A DNA stretch of 64,000 nt from Candidatus Nanohaloarchaea archaeon (GCA_042218325.1 JBDGRE010000013.1:13630-77629), one strand, 5' to 3'; shown: positions 16,946 to 27,618, counted from the stretch's first letter. Translations and numbers: made by a program. The notes: a model not told the origin generated them from the letters alone.

Positions 16946-18258
16946 TCAGTGCCTCGTGTTCTCCGGTAATATGCTGCTGACCTGGCCTTCCAGCTCTTGG
17001 AGGGCATCCGGTCTTTCCCGGTCGACCTCTTCCTCGTAGGCCGTTACCAGGCCGTAGGCAGAGTAGAACGCCTCCAGTCTTTCGTATCCTAGTTCGCCGG
17101 CGTCCACTTCTCTTACCTGCGGCAGCAGCTGCTCCGCCTCGTACCTCGCGCCTTCTACAGGGTCCCGGCTCTCCAGCATCTTCAGGTGGCGCTCCACTCC
17201 TCGTGGAAGTTCGGCACCCCAAGCATTTCCAGGGAGCTTTCGATGATGCCCTCGACACCTCTCGGTGTCGTGGCGACGTTCGCCATCAGCTCCCGTGCCA
17301 TCTGCCTTCCGGCCTCGTCACCGTGTTCATGCCGGAGCGCGAGATCCACGAGCGCGGCCTCGGTCATGCCGAGCGTATAGGGGTCGCTGTAGAGGCTGTC
17401 GTTGTCGCCGGAGGTATCCATGAGATACGCGAGCTTTTCAGCGAGGCCGAGGGGATCCTCTATCTCTTCCTGGAGACTCTCTACTGCCTGGAGGTCGCCC
17501 TCGAACTGGGAGAGGTCTTCGATCGATGCGCGCCTGACATCGGAGCTATACTCTTCCTGGCCCTCGGTGGTTGAGGATACATGTCTGGAAAGCTGCTTCA
17601 GTCCTGGGTTCAGAAGGTACTGGATGCTATGAGTGTATTCGTGTGTCGAGGTCCCTCTCGGGTCTATCCTGTTCCCGTCTCTCTCGAAGGGTTCTGAGAG
17701 TTCCAGTCCCGGCCCGATTTTCTTGAAGAGAACCGGTGGAAGCCGGATCTTTCGTTCACCGTAGCTGTTGAGGCGATGCCGGTTTCCGGCTCCTCTATGG
17801 CTGTTGAAAGCCCTGACGGAAGCTCGTAGTCACTGGCGGCCGAGGAGGTCATGTCTCGGACCTTCCAGTTCTTCGTGTAGCTCGCCCATGAGAAAATCGT
17901 GAAGAGTTATCTTGTACGCTTTCTTCAGGTTCCGCGGCTCCGATGTGAATCCTGGTGACGCATGGAGTACGAACTTCTCTCTTTCCTGGTCGAACTCTGT
18001 TTCTGAGAACAGCGGGGGTGAGGTATCTTTCTCGACCATTACTGGACCCGGGATGTCCAGCGAGGCTCCTATCTCGTCATCCAGTTCCTCGACCGCCTTA
18101 CTGAAGATATGCGGAAAATATCTTTCGTCGGCCTGTTCCATCTGCATGACAGGGTCGACTTTGATGCCCTCAACGTCTAAGTGTGACGCGGTACGGTCCC
18201 ATTCTGGCTCGCTCTCCGGGCTGTCATCTCCGGAAAGCAACCTGGAAACCAGGTTCAT
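16946..18258 (-). pseudogene. Fragmented HExxH (zincin-like) metalloprotein gene
   Basis: Four ORF-track fragments join through frameshifts; a stretch outside the ORF track encodes ...STHEYTHSIQ... Confidence 0.6.
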
Positions 18259-18293
18259 GTGTTATGGGGCCCTCATAAATGTTTTAGCCTTTT

Positions 18294-19382
18294 TTAGACG
18301 TGCCGGAGGTTCAGCTCCAGTATATCCTCGTCCATCAGCTCGTGGTTCTCGCCGACTTCCTGTTTCGGGAACTCGGCGCTGTCGCCGGTCACCCTCGCGG
18401 CCTTGAATCTATCCTTCATATCGCCGGGCAGCTCGTCGAGTGCGTCCCCGACCGTGTCGCCCTCCCTGAGGATCAGCGGCTCGTCTTTATCGGGCTCCTC
18501 GCCCTTTTTCTTCATGTATACTCTTATGAGGCCCAGCTCGTCGAACAGGGTGTCCTTCAGCTCGTCGAGGTTCTCGCCTGTCTCCGCCGAGACCACGAGG
18601 TCGTATTCCTGCCTGTATTTTTCCTGCTCTTCGCCGCTGACGGTGTCTATCTTGTTGACCGCGGCCACCATCGGCACGTACTTCCGGTTGTCCATCAGGC
18701 CGTCGATGAACCTGTCCACGTCAACCTGCTCCCGGATGACGACCTTTGCGTTGGTGTAGCCGTTCTGTTTCATGACCTCGCGGATGGTCTCCTCCTCTAT
18801 GTCGAGGTCAACGGTCGATGAGACCTGTATCCCTCCGCGGCCTTTTTTCTCCACCTTCATGTCGGGAGGACTCGAGTTGACGCGGATGTCGGCCCTGTAA
18901 AGCTCTCGGGTTATCTCGTCGTACCGCATCTCCTCAGGGTCGAGCAAAACGAGCACGAGGTCGGCGTTCCTGACAACCGAGAGAACCTGCGTCCCGTCGC
19001 CACGCCCCTCTGCGGCTCCTCCTATCAGTCCGGGGACATCGAGCATCTGTATCTTTGCTCCTTTGTGATCCAGCATCCCCGGCTCGACGTCGAGCGTTGT
19101 GAACTCGTATTCGCCTGTCTCGGAGTCGGCGTTGGTTATCTCGTTGAGAAGCGTCGACTTTCCGACCGATGGAAAGCCTACGAGCGCGACGGTGGCGTCG
19201 CCCCGTTTCTTGACGGCATAGCCCGATGTGTCGCCGGTGCCTTTCTGCTTCTGCTGCTTCTCCTCCTTCAGCTCCGCGATACGGGCCTTCAAACGGCCTC
19301 GCTCGGTCTCGGTCGACTTGTTGACAGGTGTCTCCCTCAGCTTCTCCTCCAGCTCCTCTAAGCGTTCCTCGATTCCTCCCAT
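18294..19382 (-). CDS. DRG-family GTPase with TGS domain
   Basis: GFPSVGKS, YEFTT, DVPG, NKID. Confidence 0.95.
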   Translation of the reverse strand: MGGIEERLEELEEKLRETPVNKSTETERGRLKARIAELKEEKQQKQKGTGDTSGYAVKKRGDATVALVGFPSVGKSTLLNEITNADSETGEYEFTTLDVEPGMLDHKGAKIQMLDVPGLIGGAAEGRGDGTQVLSVVRNADLVLVLLDPEEMRYDEITRELYRADIRVNSSPPDMKVEKKGRGGIQVSSTVDLDIEEETIREVMKQNGYTNAKVVIREQVDVDRFIDGLMDNRKYVPMVAAVNKIDTVSGEEQEKYRQEYDLVVSAETGENLDELKDTLFDELGLIRVYMKKKGEEPDKDEPLILREGDTVGDALDELPGDMKDRFKAARVTGDSAEFPKQEVGENHELMDEDILELNLRHV

Positions 19383-19434
19383 CTGGATAAAAAAGGCTCC
19401 GGGAAGAGTTAAAATCCTTTCAGTCCGGCAGAAT

Positions 19435-19731
19435 CTACTCTACAGGCTCGATGTTGCCGTCCCGGCCTATGTTCAGCTGGATGTCGTCCGCCCATTCCCG
19501 GACGTACGCACCGGTTATCTGGACCTCGTCACCTTCCTCGACGGCGTCGATCTCTTCCTCCCAGAGCGTCAGGTCGATATCGCCGGTATCGTCCTCGAAA
19601 GTACAGGTAACGATTTTCTTCTGGCCGTACTGGGTGGAAACTGCGCGAGGAGTAGGGAGCTCCTTGATGGTCCCCGTGATTTCGACGTCGTCGTCTTCGG
19701 GTCCGAGTTCCTCAACGGTCTTCTCTACCAT
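19435..19731 (-). CDS. Single OB-fold ssDNA-binding protein
   Basis: DDTGDIDLTLW...GAYVREW...QLNIGR. Confidence 0.88.
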   Translation of the reverse strand: MVEKTVEELGPEDDDVEITGTIKELPTPRAVSTQYGQKKIVTCTFEDDTGDIDLTLWEEEIDAVEEGDEVQITGAYVREWADDIQLNIGRDGNIEPVE

Positions 19732-19835
19732 GATACCACGTAGAGACTATCTCTACCAGTTTTAAATTATTTCTCCTCATGTGCTTAGAGCCCGGTAACC
19801 AAGCGGTTAAAACTCTCGCGCCGCAAACACCGGGC

Positions 19836-20711
19836 ATGAAGCTGCCATGGCGGAGGAAAATCGAGGAGAAAGAGAACCGGATAGAGGAGCTCGAGCAACG
19901 GGTAGAAGAGCTGGAACAGCAGCTTGATTCCTGCCGGGAAAGGTTCGAGGCGGAGAAGGAGCGCCGCTCGGAGCTCGCCCGGAAGAAACAGGAGGCCGAG
20001 GAAGAGCTGAACCGGCTGGAGGACAGGCTTGAAACACGCGAGCATGAGGAAGAAACGCTGGAGGAAGAGGAGAAACAGCTCGAGAGCCTGGAGTTCCGGG
20101 ATGCGCTCAGGCTGCTCCAGAAGCTTGCAACGGTCGAATCCCCCGAGGAAGACCTTCTCACGGTTTACTCGCCGGAGAGGGTCGACGAAGTGGATGACTT
20201 CCGCGGCCTGAAGAACGCGGTCACGCCCGGCCAGCTGGAAGAACTGGAGCAGAAGGAGTCCTTTGCGGCTTTTATCGATCCCGACCGCGAGACCGTGGTG
20301 CTGAAGACACGGCCGTTCTTCACGGACGGCTGGACGCTGGAGGACAGGTTCGATGTCTCACCGCTCCTCGAGTTCATCGAGGCCGAAAAGGTTTTTGCGC
20401 TGGTATCCGCCGGTGAAACCTCCATATACAGGGAAAGCGAGGGAGAGTACGAGGAGCTGGACCGTGTAAGTTCCCGGGTCGACCGGAAGCACTCGAAGGG
20501 CGGCTTCTCCCAGGACCGGTTCGAGCGGAAGCGGGAGGAACAGGTCGAACAGCACCTCGACGAAGTGGAGGACGCTCTCGAGGACCGGGAAAATGTCTAC
20601 CTGCTGGGCGATCGTTCTCTCTGCAAGGAGCTACCGGGCGAGTACCTCGGAGGTTTCGACCCGAACCTCGGGAAACCTGAAGTATTTTACAGTTTCCAGC
20701 AGGTTTCCTGA
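19836..20711 (+). CDS. VLRF1 (Vms1/ANKZF1-like) aRF1-family protein with N-terminal coiled coil
   Basis: KHSKGGFSQDRFERKR motif. Confidence 0.85.
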   Translation: MKLPWRRKIEEKENRIEELEQRVEELEQQLDSCRERFEAEKERRSELARKKQEAEEELNRLEDRLETREHEEETLEEEEKQLESLEFRDALRLLQKLATVESPEEDLLTVYSPERVDEVDDFRGLKNAVTPGQLEELEQKESFAAFIDPDRETVVLKTRPFFTDGWTLEDRFDVSPLLEFIEAEKVFALVSAGETSIYRESEGEYEELDRVSSRVDRKHSKGGFSQDRFERKREEQVEQHLDEVEDALEDRENVYLLGDRSLCKELPGEYLGGFDPNLGKPEVFYSFQQVS

Positions 20712-20713
20712 AC

Positions 20714-21364
20714 ATGGGTGAAGAAGAGAAAATCCGGGATATTAACCAGTGGCTGCTTGACAGGTACGGCGAGCCGGAGGAACCCGCGGATATAGAGCCG
20801 GTGGAGCTTGTTATCCGGGTCATACTGTCGCAGAACACCAATGACATCAACCGCGACAAGGCCTTCCAGAACCTGAAGGACAGGTACGGCCTCGACTACG
20901 GCGAGATAGAGAACGCAGACCTCGACGAGCTGACCGATACCATCCGGGTCGCGGGTCTCGGGCCGACGAAGGCGGAACGCATACAGGGCGCGCTGGAGAT
21001 AATAAGGAAGGAATCAGGAGCTTACGAGTTGGAGTTCCTTGAGGACATGAGCGTGGAAGAGGCCAAGGACTGGCTGACGGAGATACCGGGCATCGGGCCG
21101 AAGTCCGCGGCGGTCATCCTCTGCTTCGGCTTCGGCAAACCGGTGTTCCCGGTCGACACCCACGTCCACCGCCTCTCGAAACGGTACGGTCTGGTGCCGG
21201 AGAACGCCTCAAGAGAGAAGACGCACGACATCATGGAGGAGAAGGTGCCGGACGACATCAAGTACGAGTTCCACCGCAACCTGATAGAGCACGGCCGCGA
21301 AGAATGCGCCGCGAGAAAGGAGAACTGCGACTGCACGCTGTGTGAACGCTATGGCGATGAGTAG
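20714..21364 (+). CDS. nth: Endonuclease III-family HhH-GPD glycosylase
   Basis: ILSQNT, IPGIGPKSA, PVDTHV, C-terminal Cys cluster. Confidence 0.88.
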   Translation: MGEEEKIRDINQWLLDRYGEPEEPADIEPVELVIRVILSQNTNDINRDKAFQNLKDRYGLDYGEIENADLDELTDTIRVAGLGPTKAERIQGALEIIRKESGAYELEFLEDMSVEEAKDWLTEIPGIGPKSAAVILCFGFGKPVFPVDTHVHRLSKRYGLVPENASREKTHDIMEEKVPDDIKYEFHRNLIEHGREECAARKENCDCTLCERYGDE

Positions 21365-22199
21365 ACGCGAAAAACTGGAAACGGTGCTCCGGGTACCCCG
21401 GCCGGCCCTGGTCGTCATGATAGTCGTTGGCATGGTCGCCGGCATCGAATCCATGGGTGCTCTAACACCGGTGAATTTTGCGGCCGCGGTTTACCTCTCC
21501 GTTACCTCCTGCTACTCCATCTTCGGCATCAACGACTACTACGATAGGGAGACTGACAGGGCGAATGACAGGAAGGGAGGCCTGCAGGGAGAGGTCGCAA
21601 CCGGTGGGAGACGAGAGATGGTGAAGTACTCCGCGATAGCCGGGACGCTGCTTCTCGCGGCCTCCACGTTTTTCCTCTCCGGCCTGGCCCGGTACGCGGT
21701 TATCGGGATGACGGCGTTCTCGGTCGCCTACTCAGTCCCTCCCGTAAAGCTCAAGGGCCGGCCACCTCTCGATTCCATCTCTAACGGTTTCTGGGTCTTC
21801 ACGGTCTTCGCCGCAGGAATAGGTCTCGCGGGAGGAAGCTTCTCGTCGATAATCCCGGGCGCGTACTGGTTCTCCGCGATAATCGCGGGCGCCCACGCCG
21901 TCGCCTCGCTGCCGGATATCGAGGCCGACAGGAAGGCAGGGATAAAGACGACCGGCATGGTTCTCGGCTGGCGGCCCACCGTCTCGCTGCTGCTTGCCGT
22001 GATCCTCGCATCTCTATACTTCGTTAACTGGAGCGACCTGACCGCGGGCTACCTCGCCGGCTCCGCGCTCATCCTCTCGACCATACTCCTGGAGCCGGAC
22101 AGGCAGCGCTGGTACCGCTCTATGACCGCGTTCTACTTGTTCTCGTTCATCTACGGAGTGTACTGGATAACATGGAAAGCAGGTGTAGCGGTGCTGTAG
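21351..22199 (+). CDS. UbiA-family prenyltransferase (LyeJ/lycopene-elongase-like)
   Basis: NDYYDRETD, YSVPPVKLKGRPPLDSISNG, PDIEADRKAGIKTT. Confidence 0.8.
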   Translation: MAMSRREKLETVLRVPRPALVVMIVVGMVAGIESMGALTPVNFAAAVYLSVTSCYSIFGINDYYDRETDRANDRKGGLQGEVATGGRREMVKYSAIAGTLLLAASTFFLSGLARYAVIGMTAFSVAYSVPPVKLKGRPPLDSISNGFWVFTVFAAGIGLAGGSFSSIIPGAYWFSAIIAGAHAVASLPDIEADRKAGIKTTGMVLGWRPTVSLLLAVILASLYFVNWSDLTAGYLAGSALILSTILLEPDRQRWYRSMTAFYLFSFIYGVYWITWKAGVAVL

Positions 22200-22271
22200 A
22201 AAGAGTATAAGAAGAAAAAGTGTGGGAGAAGGAGCCGAAAACGGGAAAAAGAACTTCCCGACTTCCGAACT

Positions 22272-22505
22272 TTACTCCTCGTTGTCTTCCAGTTCTTCGG
22301 CTAGTTCTTCAGGCGCAGCGCCTCCCTGCTGCTCCTGCATCTCCTCGACGATCTCCTGTGCCTTCTCGTTGATAGTGTCCTGGTCGATCATGTCTTCCTC
22401 GTCCAGAACGGCGAGAAGAGCGTGGACTGTCAGCTCGAGGTTTCCTAGCTTCTGCTGGAACATCTGCATCATCTGCTGAGAGTTCATCTCAGGTTGTTCT
22501 GCCAT
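22272..22505 (-). CDS. Small acidic Gln-rich hypothetical protein
   Basis: AGGTGA RBS; ORF track. Confidence 0.75.
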   Translation of the reverse strand: MAEQPEMNSQQMMQMFQQKLGNLELTVHALLAVLDEEDMIDQDTINEKAQEIVEEMQEQQGGAAPEELAEELEDNEE

Positions 22506-22658
22506 TGTCTAAATCACCTTGAAAGGTAGAAGCAGGTAATCAACCTGCCATCTCTACACCTATCCCACTGATAACCTACAACTCTTATAAATGGGTCGAC
22601 CGTCGCGGTTTCTATCCTCGCTAATCGGCTAAATCCCGTAACCCTCGGACAGGTCGTC

Positions 22659-23054
22659 TTAGTCGTCGAACCCCTGCTCCGCCAGGTCTTTTACGGTCAC
22701 CCGCCTGCTGAAAAACAGAACGTCTCTCAGGAAATCCTTTACGCCGTCCTGCTCGGTGTCCGCCACCCCGTACGAGACCCTTTCCCGGGCCCCGACCCTT
22801 TCGCTGCCTGACAGGGCTGCCGCGGCCGCGACGCCTATATTGTAAGCTGCCTGCCCCCTACCGAGACCTTTTTCGACGGCGTCCCTGTAAGCCCTCCGGG
22901 AGGTCTGCTCGATAGCCGCCAGGTCACCGTCCATCACCTCGAAATCCTTCCGGGCCTCACTCAGGAAATCCTCGTCAAGCTCCCTCGCCGGCAGGCTGTA
23001 GGCCAGCGGCGTTTTATCGCCGAGCCACCTTCCAAGACGGTCCCAGTCCACCAT
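22659..23054 (-). CDS. Hypothetical protein
   Basis: Follows aIF2-beta; GGAGG RBS. Confidence 0.55.
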   Translation of the reverse strand: MVDWDRLGRWLGDKTPLAYSLPARELDEDFLSEARKDFEVMDGDLAAIEQTSRRAYRDAVEKGLGRGQAAYNIGVAAAAALSGSERVGARERVSYGVADTEQDGVKDFLRDVLFFSRRVTVKDLAEQGFDD

Positions 23055-23062
23055 CGAAAAGA

Positions 23063-23470
23063 TCAGTCCTCCATCGGCGTCCGGGCACCACAGGCCTGGC
23101 ACTTCATGATCTCCACGCCCTTCTCCTTGATTATCTCGGTGTCCGGCCGCTCACACTTCGGGCAGAACACGTACTCGTCCGCGAACTGCTGGACCTTCGC
23201 CTGGACGTTGCCGCGCCGGAACTCACCGTTCAAAACCAGCTCGTCGCCGTCGATATGGCCTGCCGTCCCGAGCTCGTTCTGGATGTAATTCGACACCCGC
23301 TTCTGCTCCCGCGAAAACGCATCAACTATCTCCTTGAAATTAGTTATAACCGTCGAAGAACCCGACTTCTTCGTCTCCGCAACAGGAACCTCGAAACGCT
23401 CCTCGGTCTCCTCGACCTCCGGCACCTCATCCATACCCTTCTCCAAGAGATCTTCGTAATCGTCAGTCAT
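23063..23470 (-). CDS. eif2b: Translation initiation factor aIF2 beta subunit
   Basis: YEDLL...ERFEVP...ELGT...CPKCERPDT...CQACGA. Confidence 0.95.
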   Translation of the reverse strand: MTDDYEDLLEKGMDEVPEVEETEERFEVPVAETKKSGSSTVITNFKEIVDAFSREQKRVSNYIQNELGTAGHIDGDELVLNGEFRRGNVQAKVQQFADEYVFCPKCERPDTEIIKEKGVEIMKCQACGARTPMED

Positions 23471-23624
23471 ACCGCAGTATTAAGGCGTGAGTTTCTTAAC
23501 TTGGGTTGTCTCTGCCGAACATTTCGTCTCGCAGTTTTTTAGCTTTCTTTCGATTTTCTATTTTCGCAAGAGCGGCTATTGAAAGGACTGCTTCGTAAAG
23601 GATTCTGGAGTGGAAAAATATTTG

Positions 23625-24017
23625 TTAGAATATTGAGACTGATGTAAAGATGGCAAGCTCCAATTGCCATCCGAGTTCAAGGTTATCCCAAATAAGGAAA
23701 AGAGAGGCAATAGAGAGCACGAAAAGAATTAATGCTGTAGCTACTTCTGCGGCCTTTAGCGGACTTCTAAATACATCCTTGAAGACACGCATTCCTTCTA
23801 TTCCGGCGTTCGAAGGTTTCTCTCCTTCGATGGAATTCAGGTCCTCGTCCTCGCTTGATAGAACAGCCGCGGCACCTACCATGAAGACGTAGATTATTCC
23901 CCAGTTAAACGGGCTCAGTAAAGGGGTTTTGATGCCCTGAAAAGATAAAATTGCGAAGTTAGTTGATATTAGGAACAGGATTTTCTCGTTTTCATCAGGA
24001 TTGAACGCTGGTATCAT
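23625..24017 (-). CDS. AT-rich membrane protein
   Basis: Hydrophobic ORF with atypical composition. Confidence 0.55.
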   Translation of the reverse strand: MIPAFNPDENEKILFLISTNFAILSFQGIKTPLLSPFNWGIIYVFMVGAAAVLSSEDEDLNSIEGEKPSNAGIEGMRVFKDVFRSPLKAAEVATALILFVLSIASLFLIWDNLELGWQLELAIFTSVSIF

Positions 24018-24020
24018 TAC

Positions 24021-24764
24021 CTACAGCTTCTTGATCTTCCCTGGCTTTGGCTCATAGAAGGTGCCCTCGCTTAACAGAGAATTAATCGTGTCTTCGAGCT
24101 GGTCTTCGGGGGCGTCGACTTCTTCCGCGATGTCGCTGTAGTCCGCTCCCTCTTCCGTGTCCATGCGTTCGACGGCGTCTATGACCTTCCGCTCCAGGTT
24201 CTCCCTGTTTTCCTGCTGGGAGGTGTCGAACTGTTCGCCGAACGACTGGAGCAGCGCATCCACTTCTTCTTCCTCGAGCTTGCCGGCCATCTCCTTCTCT
24301 ATCTCGTCCTGTGATTTCCCGCTTTCCTTCAGCTGCTTGACCGTGTTCCTTATGGACTGCCATTCCTCCTCGGATCTCCTGTACCTGAGCTGGTGGAGGA
24401 ACTCCCGCTTCACGTCCCGGTCGACGAGTATCTCGGCGTTCATGTATATCTGGCCCTGGTACTCCCGGACCTTGCCGACCGCTTCCACGATGTCGCCTAT
24501 CTCGTGCTCGTCCATCGGTTCGAGCTCGTTGAAGAACTTGACCTGTACCGTGTCGGTGCCGTCGTCGAGGGTTATCGAGCCGTAGGTCTCGTCCTCGTTC
24601 TTGAACTTGTCGACGACCGTGGCGACGACGCGGCCCCGGGAGATGCGGCGGCCTTCCGGCGTGAGAAGGTAGTTTGGTGTGAATCCTTCCTTCTGGAAGT
24701 ACTTGCCTGTGTTGAGTTCTTCTGCCGTCGTCAGCTTTGCTGTCTGTCTTTTCTGCTGTGGCAT
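24021..24764 (-). CDS. RPA32-like OB-fold + winged-helix protein
   Basis: SITLDDGT...GKVREY; C-terminal EGTFYEPKPG. Confidence 0.85.
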   Translation of the reverse strand: MPQQKRQTAKLTTAEELNTGKYFQKEGFTPNYLLTPEGRRISRGRVVATVVDKFKNEDETYGSITLDDGTDTVQVKFFNELEPMDEHEIGDIVEAVGKVREYQGQIYMNAEILVDRDVKREFLHQLRYRRSEEEWQSIRNTVKQLKESGKSQDEIEKEMAGKLEEEEVDALLQSFGEQFDTSQQENRENLERKVIDAVERMDTEEGADYSDIAEEVDAPEDQLEDTINSLLSEGTFYEPKPGKIKKL

Positions 24765-24787
24765 ATTGTTATCACGGGGTACGAATT

Positions 24788-25267
24788 TTAAGAAGTTGCT
24801 CTCTCGTCGGCCTCTTCTTCCAGTGCTTTTCCGTACAGGCCGTCCTCCCTTTCGGCGCGTTTCCGGACCTGCATCTCGGTCATGTCCTGTGCCTCGGCAT
24901 CGACTATCTCCTGGAGTCCCTCGTATAGCTGGCCCGTGAAGGTGTCGACCGCCTGCAGGGTGGCGTAGCCTCTCTCCGTGAGCCCCCAGCCGTTTGGACC
25001 TCTTTCTGCGTATCCCCTGCGCTCGAACTCCTCGCCTATCTTCATGACCGAGGGCGTGTCTTCGTCGAGTGCATCGGCGATGTTCCGGAAGGTCGGTGTG
25101 GACCTGTGGCCTATCCCGAGGAAGACCTGGTAGCCGAGACCGTTTCCCTGTCCGAGCAGCGAGAATATCTCCCCTGGCTCGGCGTCCTGCGAGTCGTGTA
25201 GTTCCTCACTGAAATCCTCGTAGCTCGGTACCCTGAAAAGTCCGTCTTCGTCGCGGTAGCTGCTCAT
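24788..25267 (-). CDS. Winged-helix domain protein
   Basis: FRNIADALD...ERRGYAER...WGLTERG. Confidence 0.6.
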   Translation of the reverse strand: MSSYRDEDGLFRVPSYEDFSEELHDSQDAEPGEIFSLLGQGNGLGYQVFLGIGHRSTPTFRNIADALDEDTPSVMKIGEEFERRGYAERGPNGWGLTERGYATLQAVDTFTGQLYEGLQEIVDAEAQDMTEMQVRKRAEREDGLYGKALEEEADERATS

Positions 25268-25271
25268 GTCC

Positions 25272-27263
25272 TTACACCTGCTGGATGTGGCCGGGTTGCG
25301 GCTCCCAGAGGTCTCCCTCGCGTTTCATGCGCTGGATTATCTCCTCAGCCTTGTCGCGGTCCAGGCCCTGGTCCTCCGCGGCCTCGATGACCGAGTCGAC
25401 CTCGACCGCGGAGTCGTCGCCGCCCTCGCTCCTGATTATCTGTTTCATCGTCTGCAGCCGGTTGCGCTGCGACGAGGAGACGCCGGATTCTATCATGTCG
25501 ATGTCGTAGTCACCGGTCTCCGGGTCGACCCCTATCTGCTTCAGGCAGTAGGTGAGTATGTCGATGGCGCGCTGGGAGTCCTTCTCCACGACCTCGTCCC
25601 GCAGCTCGGCCCGTGCACTCGCCTCCGCGACACGCACGAGCGCCTCGAGCTGTCTCGCTGTTATCGGTACGGAATCGCCTTCTTCCGACCCTGATTCACG
25701 CATGGATACGTAGAACTCCTGTATGTGATCCGCCGCCTCCTGTGTCAGCTGCGGCCGGAGGTTCTTCTTGGCATAGGCGACGTACTTCCTCAGCGTATCC
25801 GCGTCGATGGCCGCGTCAAGGTTCTCCGGCTCGATGTGGTTCTGGAGCACCTGAGAGGAGAGCTTGGTGTCCTTCTCCTTGTCCGGCTCGTCCTTTACCG
25901 GGAAGATGAAATCGAACCGGGACAGCAGCGTGTCGCCCAGGTCTATCTGCTGCGGTATCGGCTCATACGGGTCGAACCGGCCGAGCTTCGGGTTTCCTGC
26001 GGCGAGGATCGATGTCTGGGCGTTGAGCGTGGCCTGGATGTTCGCCTTCGCCACGGATATCTGCTGCTGCTCCATCGCCTCGTGCATCGAGGAGCGGTCC
26101 TCGGAGGACATCTTGTCTATCTCGTCGACCGCCGCAAGACCTTTGTTCGCGAGCACGATGGCGCCGGCCTCCAGCTCGAACTCGCCGGTCTGCTCGTTCC
26201 TTACCGCCGCTGCAGTCAGGCCTGCTCCGGTCGAGGATTTTCCGACCACGTAACGACCCTTCGGCGCGAGCTCTCCGGCGAATTTGAGTATCTGCGACTT
26301 TCCTGTTCCCGGCTCACCGATCAATAGTATGTGGAGGTCTCCCCGGGACTTTACGCCGTCCTCTCGTGTCTTCTTCACTCCGCCGAACAGCTGGAGAGCG
26401 ACCGCCTCCTTTATCTTGTCGTGGCCGTAGATAGAGGGTGCTATGGAGTCAGCTATCTTCTGGAATATCTCCTCGTCGCTCGACAGCTGCTTGATGCGCT
26501 CGATTTCCTCGTCGTCGAGCTCCAGCTCCTCGAACTCCTGCTCGGTCGGGTCGAGGTAGTTGGCCTCCATGTAGATATCGTACTTCTTCGAGTTCTTCTG
26601 GAACGGTTTTTCTCTGAGTACTCCTGTTATCGCGGCGACGTTACCCGGCACCACCTTCTTCTGGAAGTCGGGGTCGACCAAGTCGCCCTCCAGCCGGACG
26701 TTCAGGTTCGCCGGCTGCTCGCTGCCTTCCCGTGACTCCGGGTTCTCCTCCAACACGACGTTCTGGGTGTCGGTCATCTTTTTCTCCGCGACCTCGAACT
26801 TGCGGGAGCCGCACTCGCACTTGTACGGCGACTTGAGCTCGGTGGAGTCCTGCTCCTTCACGTGCAGGTCGCCGCACTGTGTGCACTCGAACTCCGCCTC
26901 TGTCAGCTCCGGCTTCACCTGCGACGCGCGCTTTATCATGCCCTCGATGGGGACGAAGTTGCCGATGTGCTCGGAGCGCAGGTTCTTCAGCTTGACGAAG
27001 TCTTCCTCCGGCATCCCCGTGAACCTGATCTGGAACTCCTCGTCGGAGACTATGTCGACGCCGAGCACTCCTTCGGAGGCGGCTTCCAGCGCGCTGTCCG
27101 GGCTTTCGCGGAGGTAGTCCGCGAGCTCAGGGTTGAAGACGTCCAGCTCCTGGAACTCCACGACTACCGAGTCCTCGCCCTCCTGGACAGCTTCAGCTAC
27201 TTTTTCGTACCATTTCTGGGAGAAGAACTCTTCGAACTCCCTTACCGCCTCCCCGAACTCCAT
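25272..27263 (-). CDS. mcm: MCM replicative helicase
   Basis: Zn finger, GEPGTGKS, VDEIDKM, AAGNP, SRFD; no intein. Confidence 0.97.
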   Translation of the reverse strand: MEFGEAVREFEEFFSQKWYEKVAEAVQEGEDSVVVEFQELDVFNPELADYLRESPDSALEAASEGVLGVDIVSDEEFQIRFTGMPEEDFVKLKNLRSEHIGNFVPIEGMIKRASQVKPELTEAEFECTQCGDLHVKEQDSTELKSPYKCECGSRKFEVAEKKMTDTQNVVLEENPESREGSEQPANLNVRLEGDLVDPDFQKKVVPGNVAAITGVLREKPFQKNSKKYDIYMEANYLDPTEQEFEELELDDEEIERIKQLSSDEEIFQKIADSIAPSIYGHDKIKEAVALQLFGGVKKTREDGVKSRGDLHILLIGEPGTGKSQILKFAGELAPKGRYVVGKSSTGAGLTAAAVRNEQTGEFELEAGAIVLANKGLAAVDEIDKMSSEDRSSMHEAMEQQQISVAKANIQATLNAQTSILAAGNPKLGRFDPYEPIPQQIDLGDTLLSRFDFIFPVKDEPDKEKDTKLSSQVLQNHIEPENLDAAIDADTLRKYVAYAKKNLRPQLTQEAADHIQEFYVSMRESGSEEGDSVPITARQLEALVRVAEASARAELRDEVVEKDSQRAIDILTYCLKQIGVDPETGDYDIDMIESGVSSSQRNRLQTMKQIIRSEGGDDSAVEVDSVIEAAEDQGLDRDKAEEIIQRMKREGDLWEPQPGHIQQV

Positions 27264-27315
27264 GTCTATTGATTGGTCGGAAAGAGTGAAAAAACGTGCA
27301 GGACCAGCACTTACC

Positions 27316-27612
27316 GTGACCGGCGAGAGACTTTCGGACGACGAGGTAGAAGAGGCCCTGAGAGACCTCGAGATATGGGGCGTGCAGTTCGAAAAGCTGG
27401 CTACCCGGGTGGAGTTCGACAGCTACGAGAACTCGGTGCTCTTCGCGAACAGGGTGTTCACGCTTGCCGCGGATACGGAATCGAAGCCGGAGGTCACCGT
27501 CTCGGGCGATGCGGTGGAGATAGACATATGGACGCCGGACACCGGGATAACCTCCCGGGATGTCGAGTTCGCCAGGAGCATCGAGCAGGAGCTGAGAGAA
27601 CTCGACCTTTGA
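27316..27612 (+). CDS. Pterin-4a-carbinolamine dehydratase-like protein
   Basis: RLSDDEVEEAL...W...DIWT...GITSRDVEFA; the usual HHP motif is replaced by SKP. Confidence 0.7.
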   Translation: MTGERLSDDEVEEALRDLEIWGVQFEKLATRVEFDSYENSVLFANRVFTLAADTESKPEVTVSGDAVEIDIWTPDTGITSRDVEFARSIEQELRELDL

Positions 27613-27618
27613 TAACCG

